The notes beneath the pieces are model-generated. The model searched no databases and was not told the origin of the DNA. It worked only from the letters and a program-made list of their open reading frames with translations. A program made the translations under genes and the position numbers. 64,000 nt of DNA from Solirubrobacterales bacterium (GTDB lineage: Bacteria; Actinomycetota; Thermoleophilia; Solirubrobacterales; Solirubrobacteraceae), in contig DAIDME010000034.1 in assembly GCA_027449125.1 (NCBI GenBank), forward strand, positions 28,380 to 92,379. Reading direction: 5' to 3'. Shown here piece by piece: positions 49,119-57,456 of this stretch. Numbering within the stretch: position 1 is the stretch's first letter; each line of letters opens with the position of its first letter.

Positions 49119-50120
49119 TCAGATGTCGAAGCCGACGTTCAGCTCGCGCAGCTTGGCGCGGTCGTGGCGCGCACTGATCCGGCGCACCGTGCCCGAGCGG
49201 GTGCGCATCACCAGCGACTCGGTCGTCGCTACGCCGCCGCGCCCATAGCGCACGCCCTGCAGCACGTCGCCGTCCGTGACCCCAGTCGCGGCGAAGAACA
49301 CATGGTTGCCCCTGACCAGGTCGTCCTTGGTCAGCACCCTGCCGAGCTCGTAGCCGGCCGCTGTTGCACGCGTGCGCTCGTCTTCGTCGCGCGGCCAGAG
49401 ACGCCCGAGGATCTGGCCTCCGAGACATTTGATGGCGGCCGCCGAGATCACACCCTCGGGCGTCCCACCGATCCCCCAGAGCAGATCGACCGGCGAGTTG
49501 TCGGAGGCGGCGAGCAGACAGGCAGACACGTCGCCGTCGACGATCAGACGTACGCGCGCGCCGGCCGCGCGCACCGCCTCCATCTGCCGGTGATGACGCG
49601 GGCGGTCGAGCATCACCACGGTCAGGTCGCGAATGCTCGATCCGCGCCGCTCCGCGACCAGTGCCAGCGTCTCGGTCAGCGGCCGCTCCAGGTCCAGAAG
49701 GTCCGCGATGTCAGGCCCACCGGCGAGCTTCTCCATGTACACGCAGGGCCCGGGGTCGAACATCGCGCCGCGCTCGGAGAGCGCGATCACGGTGAGCGCG
49801 CTCGGCATCCCCATGGCGGTCAACCGGGTCCCCTCGACGGGGTCGACGGCGACGTCAACGAGCGGCGGCGTGCCGTCGCCGACGCTCTCACCGTTGTAGA
49901 GCATCGGCGCCTCATCCTTCTCGCCCTCGCCGATCACGACGACACCGTCCATGGCGACCGTGTCGAGCACCTGCCGCATCGCGTCCACGGCGGCCTGGTC
50001 GGCCGCCTCCTTGTCGCCGCGTCCGATCTGACGCGCGGCGGCCAGCGCCGCCGCCTCGGTCACGCGCACCAGCTCGAGCGCGAGGTTGCGGTCCGGCTTG
50101 ATGGATTTGTCGGGTTGCAT
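49119..50120 (-). CDS. glpX: fructose-1,6-bisphosphatase class II
   Basis: DRNLALELVRVTEAAALAAARQIGRGDKEAADQAAVDAM... matches GlpX throughout. I placed the start at ATG 50120 (MQPDKSIK). Confidence 0.95.
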   Translation of the reverse strand: MQPDKSIKPDRNLALELVRVTEAAALAAARQIGRGDKEAADQAAVDAMRQVLDTVAMDGVVVIGEGEKDEAPMLYNGESVGDGTPPLVDVAVDPVEGTRLTAMGMPSALTVIALSERGAMFDPGPCVYMEKLAGGPDIADLLDLERPLTETLALVAERRGSSIRDLTVVMLDRPRHHRQMEAVRAAGARVRLIVDGDVSACLLAASDNSPVDLLWGIGGTPEGVISAAAIKCLGGQILGRLWPRDEDERTRATAAGYELGRVLTKDDLVRGNHVFFAATGVTDGDVLQGVRYGRGGVATTESLVMRTRSGTVRRISARHDRAKLRELNVGFDI

Positions 50121-50904
50121 GCACGTCAGGCTACCGTTCGCCCCCGTGGATACCACCCCCTACCGGCAGCTCGTCCCCCGGGGAGCCGGCACCGACGCCC
50201 TGGCCCACGTGCGCGCGCTCGCCTGGCCGGAGCCTGCCGGCGACAGTGAGCGCCCGTACACGCTGGTCAACTTCGTGACCAGCCTGGACGGTCACAGCAC
50301 CATCGGCTCCGACTCACGCGGGCTCTCGGGCGGCGCCGACCGGGAGCTCTTCTACGCGCTGCGTGAGCGCGCCGACGCCGTGCTGGTCGGACCGGGCACG
50401 CTCGCGGCCGAACGCTACAAACGGATGCTGCCGGCCCGCGAGCGCCGCGCGCGCAGGCTGCTGGAGGGCCGGCCGGCGGAGCCGCTGCTGGTGACCGTCA
50501 GCCGCAGCGGCCGGGTGGCGCTCGATCTGCCGCTGTTCAACGAGCCCGAGGCGCGCGTCCTGACCTTCGCGCCAGCCCCTCCGGTCGCGGCCCGCTTGGC
50601 CGCGACCGTCGCCCAAGCGCCGCCGGCGCCGCTGGACGCCGTGCTGCGGACGCTGCGCCGCGACCACGGCGTGCGGCTGCTCGTGTGCGAAGGCGGTCCG
50701 ACGCTGTTCGGCGCGCTGCTCGCAGCGGGGCTGGCCGACGAGCTCTGGCTGACGCTCGCGCCCCTGCTGGCGGGGGGAGCGTCAGGTCCGGCGGTGGTCA
50801 GCGGACCACCGCCGGAAGGACCCGCGCAGGCGACGCTGATGGGCGTGCTCGAGCACAGCGGGACCCTGTTCCTGCGCTACAGCCTGCGGGCGGCGAGGAC
50901 CTAG
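50119..50904 (+). CDS. RibD C-terminal domain / dihydrofolate-reductase-like pyrimidine reductase family protein
   Basis: YTLVNFVTSLDGHSTIG...ELFYALRERADAVLVGPGTL...LLVCEGGPTLFGALL. The start is uncertain: ATG 50119, GTG 50146 or the listed TTG 50086. The TAG stop (50902-50904) abuts the IS630 end. Confidence 0.8.
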   Translation: MHVRLPFAPVDTTPYRQLVPRGAGTDALAHVRALAWPEPAGDSERPYTLVNFVTSLDGHSTIGSDSRGLSGGADRELFYALRERADAVLVGPGTLAAERYKRMLPARERRARRLLEGRPAEPLLVTVSRSGRVALDLPLFNEPEARVLTFAPAPPVAARLAATVAQAPPAPLDAVLRTLRRDHGVRLLVCEGGPTLFGALLAAGLADELWLTLAPLLAGGASGPAVVSGPPPEGPAQATLMGVLEHSGTLFLRYSLRAART

Positions 50905-52048
50905 TGTAGTGTCTCGCAAATAGGTGGGGTTTATGGTAGGATGGTGTATGCGCTCTCCTACTGCTGCTATGCCGCTGGCCGAGGGCCAGCGAGAAGTGCT
51001 CGGCAAGCTCGCCCGGTCACAGACCGCCAAGCATCGTGACGTGCAGCGCGCCAAAGCGTTGTTGCTGGCCGCTGATGGTGTCGCGAACACACGGATCGGG
51101 GCGCAGATCGGCGTCTCGCCAACGACTGTTGTCAACTGGCGCGCCCGGTTTGCGCAGGACGGGCTGAAGGGTCTGGGGGTCGTTCGTGATGGCCGCGGCA
51201 GGCGTCCCTCGATCGCGCCTGAGAAGGTCGCGGAGATCGTTGAGTTGACGTTGCATGAGAAGCCCGTGGGTGAGACGCACTGGTCGTGCCGGTCGATGGC
51301 CAGACGGGCCGGCGTGTCACCGGCGAGCGTGCAACGGATCTGGTCGGCCCGCAACATCCAGCCGCATCGTGTGAAGACGTTCAAGCTCTCAAACGACAAG
51401 CGCTTCGAGGAGAAGCTCGTCGATGTCGTCGGTCTGTACCTGAACCCGCCTGAGAACGCAATCGTCCTGTGCATGGACGAGAAGTCCCAGATCCAGGCGT
51501 TGGACCGCACCCAGCCGTCGCTGCCGATCAAGCCGGGCAGAGCCGGAACGATGACCCACGACTACAAGCGCAACGGGACCACAACGCTGTTTGCCGCGCT
51601 GGACGTGCTAACCGGGTCGGTGATCGGGCAGTGCCTGCCCCGTCACCGCCACACCGAGTTTCTGAAGTTCCTGCGCAAGATCGACAAAGAGGTCCCCAGC
51701 GGCCTCCAGATCCACATGATCCTCGACAACTACTGCACCCACAAGCACGAGAACGTGACCAAATGGCTGGCCAAGCACCCCCGCTTCCACCTGCACTTCA
51801 CCCCGACCTCGAGCTCGTGGTGCAACATGGTCGAGCGGTTCTTCGGCAAGCTCACCGACAAAGCGATCCGCCGCGGCGCTTTCCACTCCGTACCCGACTT
51901 GATCGCAGCAATCGAGAGCTACCTCCAGGCCAACAACGACAACCCCCAACCGTTCGTGTGGACCCAAACCGCCGAGCAGATCCTGGAGAAAGTCCGACGC
52001 GGTCGCCTCACCCTCGAACAATCACCAACTAAAACCGAGACACTACAC
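50904..52048 (+). mobile_element. IS630-family insertion sequence with TA target-site duplication
   Basis: The terminal inverted repeats are GTGTAGTGTCTCG (50904-50916) and CGAGACACTACAC (52036-52048), with imperfect matching continuing to about 26 bp. It is flanked by TA (50902-50903) and TA (52049-52050). It contains a single DDE transposase ORF. By eye, its GC content is lower than that of the flanks. Confidence 0.92.
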
Positions 52049-52051
52049 TAG
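50969..52051 (+). CDS. IS630-family DDE transposase
   Basis: N-terminal HTH (ANTRIGAQIGVSPTTVVNWRARFAQDGLKGL) and a DDE region (VLCMDEKSQIQAL...MILDNYCTHKH...SSSWCNMVERFF). I placed the start at ATG 50969 (MPLAEGQREVL). The stop codon TAG spans the IR/TA junction. Confidence 0.92.
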   Translation: MPLAEGQREVLGKLARSQTAKHRDVQRAKALLLAADGVANTRIGAQIGVSPTTVVNWRARFAQDGLKGLGVVRDGRGRRPSIAPEKVAEIVELTLHEKPVGETHWSCRSMARRAGVSPASVQRIWSARNIQPHRVKTFKLSNDKRFEEKLVDVVGLYLNPPENAIVLCMDEKSQIQALDRTQPSLPIKPGRAGTMTHDYKRNGTTTLFAALDVLTGSVIGQCLPRHRHTEFLKFLRKIDKEVPSGLQIHMILDNYCTHKHENVTKWLAKHPRFHLHFTPTSSSWCNMVERFFGKLTDKAIRRGAFHSVPDLIAAIESYLQANNDNPQPFVWTQTAEQILEKVRRGRLTLEQSPTKTETLH

Positions 52052-52174
52052 CGCGCGGCGAGTGCACGCGCTTGGCCGGCCCTCTCGACGACCCAAGTCA
52101 CCGATCGGCCGGTGCAGCTGCGGCGCCGGCAGGTGGCCGGCACGCCGGCTGGCGTCGGCTCCGGGGCGCCCTGC

Positions 52175-52738
52175 TCAGTCGTACTGAATCAGCGAGTGCA
52201 CCTGGTAGCCAGCGAGTGCCCTGCGCCCCTCGAAGTGCCTGAGCTCGACCAGGAAGACACACGCGAGCACCTCACCCCCCAGCCGCCCAACCAGCTCGGC
52301 CAGCGCCCTTGCGGTCCCGCCGGTCGCCAGCAGGTCGTCGTGGATCAGCACCCGTGCTCCGCCGGCAAAGGCGTCGGCGTGCATCTCCAGCGCGTCGATG
52401 CCGTACTCGAGTGCGTATTCGGCGCTGACCGTCTCGTGGGGCAGCTTGCCGCGCTTGCGAGCAGGCACGAAGCCGGCGTGCAGGCCGCGAGCGAGCGCGC
52501 CGCCGAGAATGAAGCCGCGCGCCTCGGCGGCGACCACGAAGTCGACCTCGAGGTCGCGCGCATACCTGGTCAGCCTGGTGATCGACGCGTCGAGCGCGCG
52601 CGGGTCGAGCAGCAGCGGCGTGATGTCGCGGAAGAGGATCCCCGGTGACGGGAAGTCGGGGATGTCGCGGACGTAGCTGCGCAGGTTGACGCCGTCCTCG
52701 TGCGCGCCCGCCGAACGTGAGTTTGACTCAGGTGGCAA
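52175..52738 (-). CDS. apt: adenine phosphoribosyltransferase
   Basis: DFPSPGILFRDITPLL and the PRPP motif VLIHDDLLATGGTA. The start is TTG 52738, which overlaps the upstream MerR gene stop by 11 nt. Confidence 0.93.
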   Translation of the reverse strand: MPPESNSRSAGAHEDGVNLRSYVRDIPDFPSPGILFRDITPLLLDPRALDASITRLTRYARDLEVDFVVAAEARGFILGGALARGLHAGFVPARKRGKLPHETVSAEYALEYGIDALEMHADAFAGGARVLIHDDLLATGGTARALAELVGRLGGEVLACVFLVELRHFEGRRALAGYQVHSLIQYD

Positions 52739-53483
52739 TCTTGCGCAGGTCGCGGATCAGGAGCAGATGCTTGAGATGAGTTGTCACCGACGCCAGGTTC
52801 TCGAGCGCCTCCACGGCCTCCTTGCGCCGCTCCGGGTTGCGTGAGCGCAGGGCCGGCGCGAGGATGCTCTGCAGCAGCTGTGCCTCGCGGTCGGCTGAGG
52901 TGCGAAACACCCTCAGGTTGCGCCCGCCGACGCCGTAACGGGCGAGCTCGGAGACGGCACGCACGATCTCCCGTTCGGTGTCGTCAAAGTAGCGCGTGCC
53001 GGCCCGGACCTCTCCCTTGATCACCCCGAACTCCACCAGCTCGCCAACCAGCTTCGGGTCAGCCCCGGTCTCCTCGACGACTTCGTCGACCGAGTAGAGC
53101 GAACCGGGGTCGCGGCTCACCGACGCGCGACGCAGCGTACGCGTGTCGCTCACGGGTGTCATCTCCCGCTCGTTACGCCCGCCTGCCAGCTCCTGACGAA
53201 TCACGCGCAGCGGCAGGAACTCGTCGCGCTGCAGTCTCAGGATGGTCCGCAGCCGCGCAACGTCGTCGGGCGTGTAGAGCCGGTATCCCCCCTGGGTCCT
53301 GCGCGGCGTGAGCAGCTTCTGATCCTCCAGGTAGCGGATCTTGGAGATCGAGATGTCGGGAAACTCCAGCTCGAGCGCCTTGCAGACGGCGCCGATCGTC
53401 ACCGCCTTTGCCCGTACCGGTGCGCTGCCGGGAGGCGGGGCCTGCGCCAGGTCCAGCGGGACCTCCAGTGGTTCAGCGGCCAT
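52728..53483 (-). CDS. MerR-family regulator of the Rv1828 / FtsR type
   Basis: VTIGAVCKALELEFPDISISKIRYLEDQKLLTPRRTQGGYRLYTPDDVARLRTILRLQRDEFLPLRVI, plus a second C-terminal domain. It follows an FHA gene, as in the mycobacterial garA-Rv1828 arrangement. Confidence 0.85.
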   Translation of the reverse strand: MAAEPLEVPLDLAQAPPPGSAPVRAKAVTIGAVCKALELEFPDISISKIRYLEDQKLLTPRRTQGGYRLYTPDDVARLRTILRLQRDEFLPLRVIRQELAGGRNEREMTPVSDTRTLRRASVSRDPGSLYSVDEVVEETGADPKLVGELVEFGVIKGEVRAGTRYFDDTEREIVRAVSELARYGVGGRNLRVFRTSADREAQLLQSILAPALRSRNPERRKEAVEALENLASVTTHLKHLLLIRDLRKIAT

Positions 53484-53950
53484 CAGTGCCCCAGGAACGC
53501 GAGCTTGTATTTGCCGATCTGGAGCTCATCGCCGTCGTTCAGGCGTTGCGAGTCGATCCTCCTGCGGTTGACATAGGTTCCGTTGAGCGAGCCGCAGTCG
53601 TCCAGGTAGTAGTGCTCTCCGCGCTTGACGACGACGGCGTGGTCGCGAGAGACGGTGATGTCATCGAGGAAGATGTCGCTGTCGGGCCGTCGCCCGACGC
53701 TCAGCCGCTCGCCGGCGAGGGGAAACGCTTCGCCGGCGCGCCCGCCGCCCGCACGGATTACGAGCACCGCCGCACGCTCCCCGTCGGGCTCCGCCGGGAG
53801 CTCGCTTATCTCGCCCGTCTCGGAGATCCTGTAAGAGGCCGTGGCGTCTGCGGGCTGCGTCTCAGACGTGCGCATGAAGGCGCCGCAACGCTGGCAGTAG
53901 TTGGCTCCGTCGGCGTTCGCAAAGCCGCACTCTGGGCAGTGCAGTGCCAC
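53483..53950 (-). CDS. FHA-domain protein with N-terminal zinc ribbon (GarA/OdhI-like position)
   Basis: CPECGFANADGANYCQRCGAF followed by an FHA core: LSVGRRPDSDIFLDDITVSRDHAVVVKRGEHYYLDDCGSLNGTYVNRRRI. Confidence 0.88.
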   Translation of the reverse strand: MALHCPECGFANADGANYCQRCGAFMRTSETQPADATASYRISETGEISELPAEPDGERAAVLVIRAGGGRAGEAFPLAGERLSVGRRPDSDIFLDDITVSRDHAVVVKRGEHYYLDDCGSLNGTYVNRRRIDSQRLNDGDELQIGKYKLAFLGH

Positions 53951-53956
53951 GGGCGC

Positions 53957-54250
53957 TCAGCCGGCCTTGGGGTTCTGGTCGTCCATCAGCTCGGGCGGCA
54001 ACGCGCCGGGCGGCGGGAACGTGCCCGTGAGGATGTCGGTCAGGCGCTGGACGTCGGCGCCGCTGATCAGCAGCTCTCCGCTCTCGTCCTTGCGGCGCAG
54101 GCGGCTGACCAGCTCGGCCCGCAGGATGTCGATCTTGCCGTGCAGCAAGCGCCTGCGATAGGAGACCTCGAGCTCCTCGTTCTCCATCTCCTTGATGAGT
54201 TCCTTCAGCTCTTGGTCCGTGAGCGAGCCGAGGTCAGGGAAAGTTTCCAT
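53957..54250 (-). CDS. small coiled-coil protein, RsiG-like (one near-consensus c-di-GMP-binding helix motif)
   Basis: METFPDLGSLTDQELKELIKEMENEELEVSYRRRLLHGKIDILRAELVSRL.... ATG 54250 is preceded by GGAGGA (54260-54265). The motif is E-x3-S-x2-R-x3-H-x3-D, compared with the RsiG consensus E-x3-S-x2-R-x3-Q-x3-D. Confidence 0.45.
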   Translation of the reverse strand: METFPDLGSLTDQELKELIKEMENEELEVSYRRRLLHGKIDILRAELVSRLRRKDESGELLISGADVQRLTDILTGTFPPPGALPPELMDDQNPKAG

Positions 54251-54330
54251 AGCGACTAGTCCTCCGTGCGGCTGTGCCGGCGCCGCCGACGATCTAAAGG
54301 AAGCCGAGTATACCCGCGAAGGCCCCAGGG

Positions 54331-54957
54331 TCAATCTGAGCTTGAGAGTTTTTCGAGCTCGTGGATGCCACGCCCCACGTAGAGGCCGAGCGACACGAGG
54401 CCCAGGGCCAAGCCCACGTAGAGCAGCGTCACGGCCAGCCAGTGCGGGCCGGTCATGGCGAAGAACGGCGCACCCATCGCCGGGGCCACCCCGATCCTCC
54501 CGGCCCAGTTGATCCGGATCTCCGCCCTGCGGTGCAGGCTGTAGCGGCTGAGCACGAGGATCGTCAGCTCACGCGCGATCACGAGCGCCAGCGCCCAGCG
54601 TGGCAGCAGCCGGAAGTCCCAGGCCACAGCCATCCCGGCCACCACCAGCATCCGGTCGATGACCGGATCGAGCATTGCGCCCAGGCGGCTGAACTGCCCT
54701 GTCAGCCGCGCGGTGAAGCCATCCAGGTAGTCGCCCCAGCCGACCAACGCGAACACAGCGGCGGCGCTGACGCTGTGGCCCGCACGGCTGTTGATCGCCA
54801 GGATCACAAAGAGCGGGATCAGCGCCAGGCGGATGTAGCCGATCGCGTTTGGCAGGGTCAGCGGCCGCAGTGGCGCCCCGGCGCGGACAGCGGCCGGTGG
54901 TGGCCCCGAGCGATCGAGGCCGACGAGGCGTTTGACGGTCAGGCCGCGTGGTGCCAC
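54331..54957 (-). CDS. pgsA: CDP-diacylglycerol--glycerol-3-phosphate 3-phosphatidyltransferase (CDP-alcohol phosphatidyltransferase family)
   Basis: DGFTARLTGQFSRLGAMLDPVIDRM matches DG-x2-AR-x8-G-x3-D-x3-D. I tentatively placed the start at GTG 54957; the listed ORF reaches 55083 and would overlap proS. Confidence 0.85.
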   Translation of the reverse strand: MAPRGLTVKRLVGLDRSGPPPAAVRAGAPLRPLTLPNAIGYIRLALIPLFVILAINSRAGHSVSAAAVFALVGWGDYLDGFTARLTGQFSRLGAMLDPVIDRMLVVAGMAVAWDFRLLPRWALALVIARELTILVLSRYSLHRRAEIRINWAGRIGVAPAMGAPFFAMTGPHWLAVTLLYVGLALGLVSLGLYVGRGIHELEKLSSSD

Positions 54958-56633
54958 AGCTCGGCGATCGCTGCTGCCGCGCCCTCCAGCGGGAGGGCGC
55001 GGGCCTCCTGACCACGGCGCACCTGCACCTCGATCTCGCCGCTCTGCAACGTCCTGCGTCCGATCGTGACGCGCAGCGGGCAACCCAGCAGCTCGGCGTC
55101 GGCGAACTTCTCCCCCGGTCCGGCGTCACGATCGTCGTAGAGCGTGTCGACGCCCGCGCTCACGAGCTCGTCGTAGACGCGCTCGGCGAGCTCGCGCTCC
55201 TCGCTCCCGTCCTTGCCCAGCGTGACCAGGTGCACGGCAAACGGTGAGATCGCCCGCGGCCAGGAGATGCCGCGCTCGTCGGCGAACTGCTCGATGGCGG
55301 CCGCCGCGATGCGGGCCGGGCCGATGCCATAGCAACCCATCCACACCGGCCGGGCTGCGCCTGCCTGGTCTAGGTACGACGCGCCGAGCACGTCGCTGTA
55401 GCGGGTTCCGAGCTTGAAGATGTTGCCCACCTCGATCGCGCGCTCGATCCGCACGCGGTGCCCGGAGACCGTGTCGCCCGCCACCACTTCGCGCACGTCC
55501 CCGCGCTCGAACGCAAAGTCCCGGCCCGGCACCACGCCGCGTAGATGGCAGTCGGGACGGTTTGCGCCCACCACGTAGGCGCCGGCGCCCGCGACCACGG
55601 CGTCGTCGAGGATGATCCGCGTCTGTGCACCGACCGGCCCGATCGATCCCGGGGGGCCGAGCCGCCGCTCGATCTCCTCCGCGCTCGCCTGACGGAAGGG
55701 CGACCCGAGCGCGAGCCCCAGCTTGATGTCGTTGACCCGGTGATCGCCGCGCAGCATGACGAGCGCCAGAGACTCATCGGGGAGCACCACGGGGTAGGCC
55801 TTCAGCAACGCCCCCTCCGGCAGCCCCAGAGCCTGTGCCACCTGCGCGATCGTCGTCATCCCCGGCGTGTCGACCTGCTCCGGCGCCGCGAGGGCGGACG
55901 GCAGCTCAACCGGCTGCGGTGCGGCGGCGGCGACCTCCAGGTTTGCGGCATATCCGGGCGCCAAGACGACGTCGTTTTCCCCGGCCGGGCACGGCGCCAT
56001 GTACTCGTGCGCCCCGAATCCGCCCATCGCGCCGACATCCGCCTCGACGCTGTACCACTCGAGCCCGCAGCGGTCGAGGATCCGGTCGTAAGCGCGCGCG
56101 TGCCGCTCGTAGGAGACATCCAGCCCGTCTCGATCGCGGTCGAAGCTGTAGGAGTCCTTCATCACGAATTCACGCGAGCGCAGGACCGCGGCGCGTGGTC
56201 GAGGCTCGTCGCGCTCCTTGGTCTGGAAGTGGTAGAGCACCCTGGGCAGGTCGCGGTAGGAGCGGATCAGCGTCGCGGCGTGAGTGGTGATCACCTCTTC
56301 GCTTGTGGGCGCCAGCACCATGTCGGTGTCCTTGCGGTCTCTGAGCTTGAACAGCTCGCCGCCGAACCCGTCGTAGCGGCCGCTGCGCCTCCACAGCTCC
56401 GCCGGCTGCAGGATCGGCATCAGCATCTCCATCGCGCCGATCGCGTCCATCTCCTCACGGATGACCTGCACGATCCTCTGGTGCGTTCTCCAGCCGGCCG
56501 GCAGCCACGTCCAGAGACCCGCGCCCACCTGACGGATCAGGCCCGCGCGGACGAGCAGGCGGTGACTGATCGCCTCGGCGTCGGCCGGCGCTTCGCGCTC
56601 GGTCGGCAGCAGATACTCGGTGAGGCGCGGCAT
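54939..56633 (-). CDS. proS: proline--tRNA ligase (bacterial type with INS editing domain)
   Basis: 564-aa ORF that is ProRS-like end to end (MPRLTEYLLPTEREAPADAE..., class II motifs, an insertion domain of about 180 aa). Confidence 0.96.
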   Translation of the reverse strand: MPRLTEYLLPTEREAPADAEAISHRLLVRAGLIRQVGAGLWTWLPAGWRTHQRIVQVIREEMDAIGAMEMLMPILQPAELWRRSGRYDGFGGELFKLRDRKDTDMVLAPTSEEVITTHAATLIRSYRDLPRVLYHFQTKERDEPRPRAAVLRSREFVMKDSYSFDRDRDGLDVSYERHARAYDRILDRCGLEWYSVEADVGAMGGFGAHEYMAPCPAGENDVVLAPGYAANLEVAAAAPQPVELPSALAAPEQVDTPGMTTIAQVAQALGLPEGALLKAYPVVLPDESLALVMLRGDHRVNDIKLGLALGSPFRQASAEEIERRLGPPGSIGPVGAQTRIILDDAVVAGAGAYVVGANRPDCHLRGVVPGRDFAFERGDVREVVAGDTVSGHRVRIERAIEVGNIFKLGTRYSDVLGASYLDQAGAARPVWMGCYGIGPARIAAAAIEQFADERGISWPRAISPFAVHLVTLGKDGSEERELAERVYDELVSAGVDTLYDDRDAGPGEKFADAELLGCPLRVTIGRRTLQSGEIEVQVRRGQEARALPLEGAAAAIAELWHHAA

Positions 56634-56780
56634 CGGTTTGCAAGCGTACCCGCGAGCGTGGCCGCGCGCTGCGCCGCCACGTGCCGAGGCGGCCGCCGGC
56701 GAGCTCTGTGGCGACCCGCAGTCTGATAGAACCGAGCTTCAGGCTCTTGCAGAGAGAGACGACGAAGAACAGGAGCGAGC

Positions 56781-57386
<606 letters not shown>

Positions 57387-57395
57387 TTGCGGTCT

Positions 57396-57432
57396 GAGCG
57401 GCCTGCCGCGGATCTGCCGTGGCGGGCCGCTC
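57396..57432. terminator. hairpin between convergent sodA and ispG (candidate bidirectional terminator)
   Basis: GAGCGGCCTGCC-13 nt-GGCGGGCCGCTC, a 12-bp stem with one G:U position and no U-tract. Confidence 0.35.
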
Positions 57433-57456
57433 CGGCGCGGTGCTCAGACGCCGCGC

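Noticed and set aside
50118-50121. The divergent glpX and RibD-C-like genes appear to share overlapping ATGs within GCATGC.
   Set aside because: The RibD-C-like start is ambiguous (TTG 50086, ATG 50119 or GTG 50146). The overlap may simply reflect a wrong start choice, so I make no claim about it.
56634-56780. Possible T-box or riboswitch leaders upstream of proS, glyA, rpmE or sodA.
   Set aside because: I could find no specifier or T-box-like conserved sequence, and none of the riboswitch cores I know by eye. glyA and proS have almost no leader because they abut upstream genes. Confirming this would need a covariance-model scan (Rfam/Infernal).
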